Shown here one piece after another: positions 28,195-41,611 of a stretch of 64,000 bases of DNA. The DNA is taken from the NCBI GenBank assembly GCA_964016885.1, contig OZ024742.1:85622001-85686000 (forward strand), read 5' to 3'. The position numbers and the translations under genes were made by a program. Every line of letters begins with the position of its first letter. Position 1 is the first letter of the stretch. This DNA comes from Eledone cirrhosa (taxonomy: Eukaryota). The notes below the pieces were generated by a model. The model saw only the letters and a program-made list of their open reading frames with translations. It did no database searches and had not been told where the DNA came from.

Positions 28195-28298
28195 TTAAGG
28201 CAAAGTTAAAATTCCCGTCGATGTTAAGTTTGCCTTTCATTCTTACGGAGTCGATAAAATAAATAAATTGCTGGCCTTGTGCCAAAAGTAGAAACAAC
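28195..28298 (+). mobile_element. SINE 3' fragment
   Basis: TTTGCCTTTCATTCTTACGGAGTCGATAAAAT...GCTGGCCTTGTGCCAAAAGTAGAAAC. Confidence 0.7.
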
Positions 28299-28341
28299 TA
28301 TTTTAATAATCTCTGTCATTTTCGTTTACAATTTTATTTAC

Positions 28342-28541
28342 NNNNNNNNNNNNNNNNNNNNNNNNNNNNNNNNNNNNNNNNNNNNNNNNNNNNNNNNNNN
28401 NNNNNNNNNNNNNNNNNNNNNNNNNNNNNNNNNNNNNNNNNNNNNNNNNNNNNNNNNNNNNNNNNNNNNNNNNNNNNNNNNNNNNNNNNNNNNNNNNNNN
28501 NNNNNNNNNNNNNNNNNNNNNNNNNNNNNNNNNNNNNNNNN
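28342..28541. other. Assembly gap (200 N)
   Basis: Run of N. Confidence 1.
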
Positions 28542-29029
28542 ATAGGTCAAGGAAACAACAACAGATGTACGAAAAAGTTTCATTGGTTTCACGCTTTATA
28601 TCGAAAAGGGAAAGAAAGTTCGACGTGACGGATTTTAGCCCTTCTTTAAAATAATTAACATAGATACAGAATTACAAATGACAGATACTGAAAATGAAGT
28701 TAGTCGTAAAAAATTCGAAAATATAGAGTAAAAATGGCAAACCGTTAGGAGTCTTATATATATATTAAAAAAAGGTACTCATAAATAAATACACAAAATT
28801 ACTTTAACATCAAATAATTTAAATGCAATTAAATTGAGTCTTAATGTATTTGTTTCCCGAAAAAAACTATTTTCCAATTTCATATTTTAATACATTAAAG
28901 AAAATTGATATCACACTAATATGTGTTCATTGATCTCCTAAATTTAGAATGTTTGTAATTTATGGATTTAGAACGTATGTATATATTAATAATAACTAAT
29001 AGATTTTTACAACTATACAATTTCATTAT

Positions 29030-29245
29030 TGTGGCGCACCTGATGGTGGTGGATTTCCAGTATCAATATAGTACCAGACACACTGCTTCAGGGAATAGTA
29101 TTACGGCCATTTACTTTCTGAATTCAAAGCCATCGATGTTGCACTTCATCCCTACATATTCGATAACATAAAGTACCAGTAATGCACTGGGTCGATTAAT
29201 CGATTTTCTCTTTTCAAAATTGTTGCTCTCGTGCAACAGAAACCA
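29030..29245 (+). mobile_element. Decayed SINE
   Basis: TTCTGAATTCAAA...TTCATCC...CGATAACATAAAGTACCAGTAATGCACTGGGTCGAT. Confidence 0.5.
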
Positions 29246-29799
29246 TTAATTTGGATTACCTGATGCTCGCGTGTCACTATAGAACTCTGAAAACCTATTT
29301 AGCTTAACATATTCTTTGTAGAATATTTACGATACAAAATTTAAATTAATTCTCCTATAATTTACTTACGCAAACTTCACTGGAAAATCAATAACAGATA
29401 GTGTCTGAAGTATAAATGCTCATCTGTATTTACTTTTATATAAGAGTTGAAGCAAGAATCATGATAACAGTGGGAATTGACGCTGCCACTGAATCGAACC
29501 ATGCAACTCTCGTATGATGTCGGGTTCGAAAGATGTAAGATCTATTGGTATCAACATTAGAATCATGCCGATATTTGTTTAACAAAACTGCACTACCGAT
29601 GTGATGATGTAGTTTCAGTTCATTAACCAAAGTGTTCCTATCCGAAATCCATTAATAATCTACACAATTGCAATAAGCTAAAATAACCAATCTACCAACA
29701 CATTTCTGTAGGTGTTTCTCGGTGGTATTGACGCCATAACATATATATTATCCCTCATTTAAACCATCAGAAGCTATTCAATAATGTTGTGAAGTGCTG

Positions 29800-30930
29800 A
29801 GGTTATGAACTTGTACTCAGTGTATTTGATTTTATACCGCCGTGGTTTCAGAAGTGATTTGTCAACAAACTCCATCTCGAGATGTCTATAGAATTGTAAC
29901 GTGAAACGCCTAGAGACTACTTTGGCTGTCTGGTAGAGGAGATGCCATTCATCTAATATTAGTCGCCCCGGGACCCAGGACAGAAGCTCCATTAAGCGGG
30001 ACAGCCATGGAAATACATGCCTCACGAAAGGAAACCACCACTAGTCACCGTCTATCGCCACTTTTTAAATAAAATAGATTGGTTCTATTCTTATTGTTCT
30101 CTTCATATTGCCCAACTGCGTATTGGAGTCGGATTACACAGTAAATACCAGTTTAACTAGGCCAGCCAAAGTTTTTTTCGAGGCGTTACACACTAATGCT
30201 ATGTTCACATCATGCACCAGTGTTTATCAGTGTGACGTTCCAAATATTGTTTGATTTGCCTGAAGAAACCACCCCCTCTGCTCTTACCGAAACTTCGACA
30301 GCCACAAGTCTGAAGGCACCACCTCAGTGATGCTCACGTCCAGATCAACAGTGTTTCTCTTCAGATACAAGAGGATCTACTGCCATTCGAGATTCAAACG
30401 AATGCGAATTATAACTGACACTGGCACGCATGATCCCGGCTTACTAACAGATGGTTACAACACGTAGTCGTTGAAGATTTGTGTGAGGGCTTGTGGCTTA
30501 GAATGTTAGTCACATCGATGTCTAGCCTGTGTGCTGCGTTTGTAAAAGCAGCAACCACAGTGACACAATTTCGGGAAGTGGTTACTTACATTGATCTTTT
30601 TGAAGGACATGGGAAGTATCCTCTCCTTATCATTGGACCAATTTGGAACTATTCTAAGACTTCTTATTATATGTAACCTGATATTTCATGAGACGTCCTT
30701 CAGCTGGTAATCTGAAGAGTGTTACTTCGAAATCGTCGCCGTGTTTTGCTGCTCCGTGTACTGTACATAAAGCTTGTGAATAGTTGGCATATCATCACAT
30801 TGTTTTGCTGTTGATATTTAGGTCAAATTGCTGACAAGGATGGAACTGGAAGTTTCTCCATTTATTCTGAATACATGGCATTATGCCATCGTAAAATTGT
30901 CAGATAATGTTTATAAATGTCTCGGAAGTG
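29800..30930 (-). mobile_element. Highly decayed non-LTR retrotransposon RT fragment (RTE-like)
   Basis: YDGIM..INGETSSSILVSN resembles RTE HDGM..NG..S..F.V.NGV; other weak downstream matches. Confidence 0.4.
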
Positions 30931-33748
30931 AAACATCTACATTATCCCCAACAGAACGTATTGACCTATATACACAAATGCCTTGATTACATATAACAAT
31001 ATGGCGTAAATTCTCTGTTGTTGGTCCTGCTATATTTTTTGTAGATTTAGTGCACTAAATATCATATTGTGCAATGCCTAGCGATCTGGCATTGTGTATA
31101 TTATCATCAATACCCACACTTGAAACTCCTAGAAATGCATTCTGACAGATAATCTAACCATACCATTTCGATTTAAATCTTCTTCACAAAATCTATCGTT
31201 CATTCTCAACAATTCTTCTATCCCCGTATAAATTCATGCACGCAAACGCACACTCCGACTCTCACATTCTATATCTCACACGCATATACGTACATACATA
31301 TATGCGTTGGGGTCGTACACATGTCAATTTTTATCTCCTAGAAAGCCAAAGCCCTGACGGAATATAACAGTTGGTTCAGTACCTTTGATAAGACAGAAAT
31401 GTCCAATCATTTCTTTTTCTGCTAAATTCATGTACGTGGATAACTAATTATGACGGAAGAAGAGAATTATGTAAATTGCTCTAACCTAGGCATGGCGACA
31501 TTCACGAAAATAAGTTTTTTCTAACGTAAATACCATTTTGTCTAGAATTGTCAGAAATTTAGTAGTAAAATGTATAGCTTTCACAATAAAGGCGTTCCTA
31601 TTCAAACTAAATGCATTTTTATTTCTTCATTTCTCCTTCCAAAATAACATAACGTAGAAGGGATTTGTAAAAGTAAACAGTCGATAAATGTCTATGAAGA
31701 TTATCATCTTTAGACTTTCGAGAAATGAATTCTCTTTAAGAAAAGATTGATGTATATTGATTATCCTGTTCCAATCCGAATAACATTGAGATTAAATTGC
31801 ATGATTTAAACACATTATATCCCTGACTGATATATAAGATTACATACAGACGATGATTGACAAAATATTTTGGACTTTGAAAGAGGAAATACGAATTGTG
31901 GACTGCTACATATAACTATACGATAGCCGAAAAATAACGATCTCATGCGAAGTACCTGAAAGGATTATTTCTATTGAAATTCTGTCATATTCTCCACAAT
32001 CTAAATCTGGAAACGTAGGGACAAATCTTTTCAGAAATAAAATAAAAACAATTACGAAGTTTATTCCTCCCGATATTATAATAAAGGCAAAGATGAATGT
32101 ATACAATGGAAAGGTTGCTGTTCTGATATATATAGAGAAATAATATGACAAGTTAATTTCCTTTGAACGGGGAATATGGCATTTAGTAAACGTATAAATG
32201 AATATATTTTAACAGATGAGTAGATCTTTTGTTTATATATTCTATATCGACCATTATTGTGTATACAACGTGGGTTATCGTGCTATAGACTGAGTTTAAT
32301 TCAGCGTTTCAAGTGCACTGTGTCAGCGTTTCAAATGCTACTTGTTTATAAAAGTACATATTTTGAGATGCAGAATTATGGGGTACAGTGTGTGAATGCT
32401 ATTTGCTGCCTGTTCTCTACTCTTTTAAGTTAAGTAGCCTATTTATTCGACATTAGATATATCTGGAAATTTAACGTTGTTGGGTTTCAGGTTACATTAT
32501 AAGGGACGTATGAAATGTTGGTACAGCACATTATTTTTGTCTGTTTGTGATATTATAAATATTTAGATTGAGTTAGAGAAAGAAAGTCCTTTATTGAATT
32601 TCAGTATCATTTGGACGTTTGCTAAATATGTCTCCTTATATGAATACGATTGTACATTTTACATAAGAAAGTGCAAGTAATGTAATTTACGACGGCAGTG
32701 TCCCACAAGGACACTTATTATCTTGATGAATTTAGCAGTTTTTAGGAGATGGACAATTTGCAGTTTTTATGTAGATGCTAATAACATTCCTGGAATAATT
32801 AAAATCAATCATATGTATTTCTGTTGGCCAAATCATCTGCATAAACTGAAAGAAAATATTCTCATTTAAATTCCGATATATGTAATTGAGACATGTGCAT
32901 ACAACATCACTTTTACAAAAGAAAAGAAAAAGGAAAAGCAGTATGTAAGCCTATATATAGTGTTAATAGTAAAGATTAAACGTTTTTGTTGGCATTTGGC
33001 GAGCGGATTTTCAGCATGGGCGTGGCGGGTCGGCGGCAGTGTTATTCTCTGAAAGTCATGGATATTTGACCTAGAAAATTGTTGACCTGCACTGGCTTTT
33101 AATACATACGGTTGTGATAATGAATTGTCATTGTTTTATGGGCTTTTTAGATAAGACTTGGCTTAATGTTCAATAGTGCCGTCAAATGTACATGGAAGGT
33201 TTAATAAAGTAATGAAAGATACTGGGATATAAGGTTTATATTTGTCTAAGTAGAATGATAGATGGATCGATCTTAGGCTACCGCGTTTGGTAGTAGGAGA
33301 ATATATTTGCGATTTTATATCTACAGTTGAAGACAAGTTCGATCCTGCTATTTAATAGGTCGACCACTGTTGTTATGTACTATAACTCGATATTGCATTG
33401 GTTAAAAGCAATTGTACTTTGATAGTATGGATTGGCTTTTAATCTTTACTATGTACTCTATATACACGCTTACTTACTGACTTTCGTTTATGTCTACACT
33501 CTTTTCCATCTACTCGCCTACCGCTCTTACAAGTTCCTAACTAATATAAGTTGTCATTCTGTTTTCGTAATTTATTGTACCGAGAATTTAAAAAAAATAT
33601 CACCGTATTTGAAATTGATTTTTCCCGGTAGATTATTAGGATTAGCAATTTCTTTCCAGAAGAGCTTCCTCACACTTTATTGAAACACATGTAACTGTTT
33701 GAAACAAATACGTGTGTATAGAGTATTGCAAATGTGTTTAAATCTGTA

Positions 33749-33805
<57 letters not shown>

Positions 33806-33850
33806 CAAAATATTAATGAATTAAACATATTCTAATAATCAAAATATATA

Positions 33851-33909
33851 TTGTATTATACATATTTCAAAGGTGCAATGGTGTTTAAGTACGTTTTCAT
33901 CAGATAAAA
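33851..33909 (-). ncRNA. Hammerhead motif, family A
   Basis: Minus strand TTTTAT-CTGATGA-AAA...TTT-GAAA-TATGTA-TA-ATACAA. Confidence 0.55.
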
Positions 33910-33974
33910 TATATATGATGTGATATGCGACATACCGCTACGGTTTTGATTACAATATATTACAATATATATAT

Positions 33975-34477
33975 ATTAGTAAAAAGGAAAAGGAAATGCT
34001 GACAAGTTTTTCCCAGTGAAAAATAGTTTAATTAGGAATAAATATAAATTAGTAATAAGTATTAGTTAGTATTCAGTTTTTACCGGTTGCGCATTTCTAA
34101 TGCTTTTCAAAAATGATTTTCAGATAGAGCGTTCGTAATTTTTGCTCTCATCTGATCAGTTTGGGAAATTCTTCCTGTTTTATGTGAAAAAACTGGCTCC
34201 AGAGTTAAGATGTTGTTGGTAGTTGAATGTCACGTGATTAAGCACTATAAATTTCGCGCCAATTCGTGTTGCAAAAATTCTTGTAGTCAAAACAATTTTG
34301 ATTGGTCGGTAGAAGTCACGTAAATGTTAAAATTGATTTTAGCGCGAACTGGATTCGCGCCAAATGTAGGTTTGTCGAAGAGTGCTCTTTTCCGCTTGAT
34401 TGAGTTACCGTCATGTTGAGAAGTCACTGAAAAATAAGTCTATTAAGACAAATGTGCGTGTGTGAATTTGTGTTTGT

Positions 34478-34509
<32 letters not shown>

Positions 34510-35192
34510 AGGAGAGTGGTTCATTGTTGTGATAATGGGAATGAATCGGCCAGTAGGATGTGTGTGTATGCGTGTGTGCGTGTGTTTGTGTGTGTGTGTG
34601 TGGGGAGGGTATTTTAACATGTTGAATCATATTTTTCAGCTCTTGTCTTATACGGAGAAGTGTGTGTGTGTGTGTGTGTATGTCTGTATGTATGTTAGTG
34701 TACGCGTGTGTGTGTGTATGTGTGAATTGACCAGTATTTTGGTTGTACTGGTAAAAAATGGCGTACATTATTCGATACTTTCACAACATTGAACCACTTT
34801 ACTACACACGCACACACACACGCACACACACACAGACATACACACACACAATTGTCTCAATAGACTTATTTTTCAGTCACTTCTCAACATGTCTGCAATT
34901 CAATCAAGCGGAAAAAGACACTCTTCGACAAACCTACATTTGGCGCGAATCCAGTTCGCACTAAAATCAATTTTAATATTCACGTGACCTTTACCGACGA
35001 AAAATCACGGACGCTCTATCTGAAAATCATTTTTGAAAACATTAGAAATGTGCACCGGTAAAAACTGAATACTAACTAATACTTATTACTAATTTATACT
35101 TATTCCTAATTAAACTATTTTTCATTGGGAAACATTTGTCAGCATATTCTTTTCCTACTTACTAACATATCACAACTCATGTGTCACACCTC

Positions 35193-35200
<8 letters not shown>
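33975..35200. mobile_element. ORF-less fold-back derivative of the Neptune-like pLTR (family F)
   Basis: 33975-34530 pairs (with deletions) with 34780-35170; variant HHR at 34078-34113 (-), degenerate at 35030-35063 (+). Confidence 0.8.
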
Positions 35201-35247
<47 letters not shown>

Positions 35248-35278
35248 AGAAAATCCACAGACCCTCCATCTTAACTCA

Positions 35279-35316
35279 CCTTTTGAAAAGCAGAAGAACT
35301 GCGAAACCGGTAAAGG
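35279..35316 (+). ncRNA. Hammerhead ribozyme with U3-A8 core covariation (family B, element 35245-35453)
   Basis: CCTT-TTGAAAA-GCAG-AAGAA-CTGC-GAAA-CCGG-TA-AAGG: all three stems pair. Confidence 0.75.
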
Positions 35317-35534
35317 AACCAAATAAATGTATATATTTAAAAAAAAATTAAGACTCCAGTTGCATTTTCGATTTCATCTCTTTTTCTTTATACTTTCACT
35401 CGTGTAGGACACCTCGGTTATTTTTCATTTTGTAAAAAAAACCTCACTTTCTAATATATATATATATATATTAGAATTGGCGCCGCTCTGATATAGCGAT
35501 ATACATATGAATATATAGCGATATACATATGAAT

Positions 35535-35885
35535 ATATATAGTGTATTTTGCAATACACCGTATGCTTAATTAAAAGCATTTCGAACACCTTACGCTATT
35601 GTTTTAGAGTAGTGACAGTCTCACTTACTTTTAATTTTCAGCAAACAGGGGAGATAAAGCTGACAGAGCTGTGTTTCGTACTGATTGGTACATATCAAAG
35701 CCAAGTTCTCCACCTGTTTGCTGAAAATCATGAATGTTTGATTCTTATAGAATTTCTAGTAACAATCAGGAACTGATTATACAGAGCGGTTGCCGGTCAA
35801 GCAGAAATTGAACATTAGAATTGACGCTCTGAAAATTTTGTTTGCTGAAAATTAAACAGTGTATTGCAAAATGCACTATATATAC
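35535..35885 (-). mobile_element. Family G element with degenerate HHR at 35658-35702 and short inverted tail
   Basis: Reverse complement matches 60880-61150. Confidence 0.7.
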
Positions 35886-36570
35886 ATTTATATATATATA
35901 TAAACAGACCAGCGAAACTGTACATTAAGGACTTTGAAGAAAAGATAGGTATATATCTATGTCTCTTATTTTTTAATTGGATATATAGCTCTGATATCGA
36001 GTTCATTTAATTATTTTGATCATCAAGTCTCTCTTGATCATCGAGGAAAACTGGTTAAGGTTAATACCACACGCACCCACATACCTACGAATATATATAT
36101 ATATATATATTTATTGTAACCATCGTTTGAAAACGACTTTTTCTTTTTTTAAATGCATGTAATGTTACCTTTTTACACCACCGTTTGCAAATTTCTGTTG
36201 ATATGTTTATACACAAGATATGGCTTTCTATAATAATAGTACTAAACTCTGTTTTCTGGACCCCTTTAGAAATAACCTGCTACTATAATAGCCCCAATAA
36301 CTTGTCTGTAACTCTGTACCACTTTGACCCCTTTAACTAAATTTTGTCCAAACAACACCACTAGAAGAATTTACTGCCCCCGCCAACCCTAACACGCCTC
36401 ATTAAGCTAACTGCTGCCAAAACATTCTCTCCTTACAATCTCTACTAGTCTGACAGCATTAAATCCTAGGACTCCCTCCCCCTTACTCACTTCCCTCTCC
36501 CCTTCTCTTCCTACCTCCTTCTTTCTCTTTTATCTAGTGTATAAAATATTTTCATATCATTCCTATACAA

Positions 36571-36687
36571 AGGTCTGACGACATGGTGTGTTTGCTTGCA
36601 GTGTACATTCGGTTTATGATAATATTTTTATATTATTCAAATAGCGAGGTATAGGTAACCCATACACTATAGAAACAATTGTTACCT
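36571..36687 (+). ncRNA. Type I hammerhead with extended stem II
   Basis: AGGT-CTGACGA-C-ATGGTGTG...TACACTAT-A-GAAA-CAATTG-TT-ACCT. Confidence 0.7.
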
Positions 36688-36772
36688 AATACATTCTTTA
36701 TACCCGCATTTCCGTTTCATAAACTTCTTCTCCATATTTATATATATAAATATACATGTGTGTATCTCATTT

Positions 36773-36942
36773 TAGAGAGTCGGACACCATGGTTTGAAGC
36801 ATAGAGTTACCTCCCTTTATGATCTGAGTTCAAATCCCGCCGAGGTTAACTTTGCCTTTCATCCTTACGGGGTCGATAAAATAGAGTACCAGTAATGTAC
36901 TGGATAATTTGCTGGCCTAGTGCCTAAAAATAGAAACAATTA
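36773..36942 (+). mobile_element. tRNA-derived SINE
   Basis: CTGAGTTCAAATCCCGCCGAGGTTAACTTTGCCTTTCATCCTTACGGGGTCGATAAAAT. Confidence 0.8.
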
Positions 36943-37438
36943 TTATATTGTCTCAAACTCTCTTAAGTTTGAGTTAGCCCGTAATTGTAGTAACTGATAT
37001 CTTAAGCAAACACTATAATCGCTTTTCGTTCACCTTACTACCCGCCTGTGAGATCGGTATCATGCATCAATTTCTTCCCTCCGCCTTCTCAGATATTTTT
37101 AACTTGCTATAAGTGAATCCGTCTTATTTCTTGACCGATGCATCACGTGTTAATTCATCCTCCACCTATTAATATTCTCTCAATTGCTACAAATGTGTCT
37201 GGAAAACGTTCCTTCCCTTAAGTGTTACTTTGGAAGCTGACATGCTTCAAAATAATATTGCACATATAATGTGCAAAGGTTGCAAACGGATCAACGAACC
37301 AGTACCGTCGGGACTTTGAAGAAAAGATGGGTATATATCTATGCCTATTATTTCTTCTTATTCTAGAATGTGATATATATATGGGTGTTATTTTAAATAT
37401 ATTATATATATATATTATATATATATATATATATATGA

Positions 37439-37636
<198 letters not shown>

Positions 37637-37685
37637 CAGGAAAGAAGGTTGACATGGTTTGCTATACAAAAAAGGTTTTTAATCT

Positions 37686-37798
37686 CATAGCTGACAATTG
37701 TTTCTCTGAACTGGTAGGTCTAGAGATCGCTATTCGCTTATTTTCACGTTACTCGATCGCCAATACAACATTATAACCACTCAGTTCTTCGGAGCATG
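37686..37798 (-). ncRNA. HHR-like motif (C4 variant, long stem II) in Naiad pLTR; second copy 41065-41177 (+)
   Basis: CATGCT-CCGAAGA-ACTGA...TCAGA-GAAA-CAATTG-TC-AGCTATG; the 3' copy reads GAACCAATTGTC. Confidence 0.55.
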
Positions 37799-38094
37799 CG
37801 AGAATGAAGAGAATACACAGGCAAGAAAAGGATATACAGGCTACTATATGAAGTTGTAATGGCATTCAGTTAGAACAATAACAACAATTACAACAATGCT
37901 ATTAATAAATTATTTGAGGAGACCCTGACATTACCTAGGTGGGGGGTATAGTGTATCTAAGATTTCGGCGTGTAAAACTAGCTGTCATGAGGCAAAAGTA
38001 AAAGTTTGGCATGTACAGAGTATCGAAGTGTGTATCAATTTTAAATTATAAAGATAAGCCAGTGTTTACAGTCTTTCTTTTCATCTTCAATAAC

Positions 38095-40258
38095 GAGCTG
38101 GACCTTATGGACATGATAAGTGAAACTAAATTAAAAAAAGGAACAAATCACAACAAATTGCAAAATGACTTATATACACTACTAAAAAAACTAAAAGACA
38201 CTAACGGTATCATAGTAAAAGCAGACAAAACATCAAACGTATAATCTATGGACATTAACACTTTATTCAGCGTGAACTACATAAAAAATATAAAAAACAA
38301 ATGAATCTACACTCACCAGCATTAACGTGGAGGGCATTAAGATAGTTAATAAACTCGGAATTCCAGATAGGACCGAACCGCTAACCCCGTGCAACCCAAC
38401 ATTTAACCTGAAGGATCACAAAAATAACTTTGAAACTAACCCCACCATTAGATTAATATGCCCATCCCAGTTAGACATAGGTAAAATTAGCAATAACATT
38501 CTAGATAGGGTAATCGCACAAATATAGGGTAAACTAGAAATCAATTTATGGGGTAACACTAACGAGGCAATTAAATGGTTCAATAAAATACAAAATAGGG
38601 AGACGTGTAACTTCATACAATTTGATATAGACGACTACTATGCATCCATATCCCCAGCTACCCTAGATAAGGCGCTTATATTTGCCCAAAATAACTCTGA
38701 TCTTACCCATGATGAAATTGAAATAATAATAGCGGCTAGAAGGACTATCATAAAATTTGAAAATAGCTACTGGGTAAGAACGGATAGAATAAATAGCTTC
38801 GATATAACAATGGGATCAAATGATTCTGCGCAAATCACATATATCGTGGGGCTATTCATAGCACACAACCTACATAAGGAATTCAGTAACCTCCAAGGAG
38901 GAATTTATAGGGACGACACGTTACTTATAGCTAGGAACCTAAACAACCAGAGCATGGAAAGACTAAGAAAAAATATTAGAATATTCTTCAAAAAACTTGG
39001 CCTAAGTATTACCTACGAACTGAACTATAAAAAGGTAAATTTTCTAGATGTGACTCTAAATCTAAATACTGGATTAATAGAACCTTTCCACAAAAATAAT
39101 GAAAATCTTGCCTACATTAGTTACAACTCAAACCACCCCAACTGCATAATTAGATCCATAGCACGTAGTATATCCCTCCGAATATCCCGCTTATCCTCAA
39201 ACCTAGAAATCTTTAACGAGCATGCTGACTATTATAATGCAGCATTACGTAGGGCCGGTCAGAAAGATAAACTGCAGTATATAGTGAATAAAGACAACGT
39301 AAACAATCCTAGTAAATACTACTCCAACCGCTCACATAATAATAGAAATAACTTGACTAGACATAGGGTTAGACACGTAACACCTGGAGTAAACGGCCAA
39401 AACACTAATAACGTAAACCCAAGAAACAATAGAAGAAACAGACAAAGAAAATACCTATGGTTCAACCCAATATTCAACTCTTCTATAAAAAGTAGACTGC
39501 CCTCTACATTATTTAAACTAATAGATAAACACTTCCCTATCTCGCATAGATATCATAAAATACTCAATAGATCTACTATAAAACTCTCATACTCAACAGC
39601 AGCAAACATAGAATCACACATACGCAAGATCAACCACAGAAATATCTCTCGTAAATCAACTGCACCTATACATAACGTAGCACCAAATTATAAGCACAAA
39701 CACATCACAACATCACAACTACAAGCGCATACAAACGCGCAGCAGCAAAACCCCATTGGGCATATATCACAACCAACTTATAACAGAGTACTAAACAGGA
39801 ATGTAAAAGCTGCACAAAATAGCGCCTCAAACTGTAACTGTCACCTACCAGATAGGTGCCCATTGGCGAACAGATGTCTCGATTCGAGCCTAGTGTACAT
39901 GTGCACGGTCATCTCGGGTAACTCCACCTGGAATTACATAGGATCCACCGCGGGTTCTTTTAAAAAAAGATGGTATGTGCACAGGCACTCAATGAAAAAC
40001 CTTGCACTTATGGGTTCCACAACCCTCGCCAAAAAAATATGGGACCTGAAGGACAGCAGCACTAACTACAGTATTAACTGGTCGAAGTTGTCGGCTGCTA
40101 AAACCTATAGTACAGGTATGTCCCACTGCGGGCTATGTGATCTTGAGCTATTGTATATCCTCAAAAATGTAAAAAGGCTACTTAACAATAAGTTAGAAAG
40201 ATCTATCTTCTGCAGACTTAGAATTGCCACTAAATTCATAAGATTCAAACCTCCGTGA
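38095..40258 (+). CDS. PLE reverse transcriptase + GIY-YIG endonuclease, open from 38528 to 40258; 5' part disrupted and truncated
   Basis: KADKTSN, FIQFDIDDYYASI, MGSNDSA, GGIYRDD, NFLDVTL, SNHP, WFNP, CNCHLPDRCPLANRCL, LVY..YIG, FKKRWYVH, CGLCDLE, LNNKLE..CR; TAG at 38525 and upstream frameshifts. Confidence 0.9.
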
Positions 40259-40571
40259 ATCGAACCAACACAACATAGCTTTAAATTAGGATACCTACTA
40301 CCCACAGAAATATTTTCATTAAGTATACTCTAGCCTTCACAAGTCTATACCACACAAATGTCTGTAAGTACCTCATCAACCCACAAACTTATTCCTTCTC
40401 AGCTGCTGCCTTCATTTGATCCTAAATCCTAGTTGTTCTCAAATCACTACTACAATGTAACTTTACCTTCCTTTTGCCATAATTACAATTAGCACGCTTA
40501 TCTCTTTGCATGTATGTATATTTTTGTACGAGTGTATATTGATGTGTATGTATGTGTCTATGTACACATGC

Positions 40572-40603
<32 letters not shown>

Positions 40604-40606
40604 GTT

Positions 40607-40674
<68 letters not shown>

Positions 40675-41412
40675 AATATATGCGTATATTACCTCCTTAA
40701 CCTCTGTATTAACTCAACAACTAATTAGCTTTGACAGTGTTGTCCCACTCATGTATGTTATTGAAGATGAAAAGAAAGACTGTAAACACTGGCTTATCTT
40801 TATAATTTAAAATTGATACACACTTCGATACTCTGTACATGCCAAACTTTTACTTTTGCCTCATGACAGCTAGTTTTACACGCCGAAATCTTAGATACAC
40901 TAACCCCCCCCCCCACACACACACCTAAGTAATGCCAGGGTCTCCTCAAATAATTTATTAATAGCATTGTTGTAATTGTTGTTATTGTTCTAACTGAATG
41001 CCATTACTACTTCATATAGTAGCCTGTATATTCTTTTCTTGCCTGTGTATTCTCTTCATTCTCGCATGCTCCGAAGAACTCACTAGTTATAATTTTGTAT
41101 TGGCGATCGAGTAACGTGAAAATAAGCGAATAGCGATCTCTAGACCTACCAGTTCAGAGAACCAATTGTCAGCTATGAGATTAAAAAGCTTTTTTGTATA
41201 GCAAACCATGTCAACGTAATTTCCTGATTTATTGTTAATCCAAGTGTTTACAACATAGGAATTACAGCATACCCGCAGCATCACTATGAAAACGCCTTGT
41301 TGAGTCAAACCAAGCCAAGCGTTGATATCATCGACTACCTGGTACCTGGAATACCATAACTGGACTATACCTAAGTGGACTGCATTTAACTATTATTTGT
41401 TACCCCGTATAT

Positions 41413-41611
<199 letters not shown>

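Noticed and set aside
28279-28592. ORFs spanning X residues
   Set aside because: Artefacts of the N gap
31640-32170. Open-looking frames on both strands
   Set aside because: No recognisable domain or consistent splice signals
38528-40258. Selenoprotein-type Naiad (in-frame UGA at conserved Cys)
   Set aside because: Conserved Cys positions are TGT/TGC in all Naiad-like copies here; the in-frame stop is TAG at a non-Cys position
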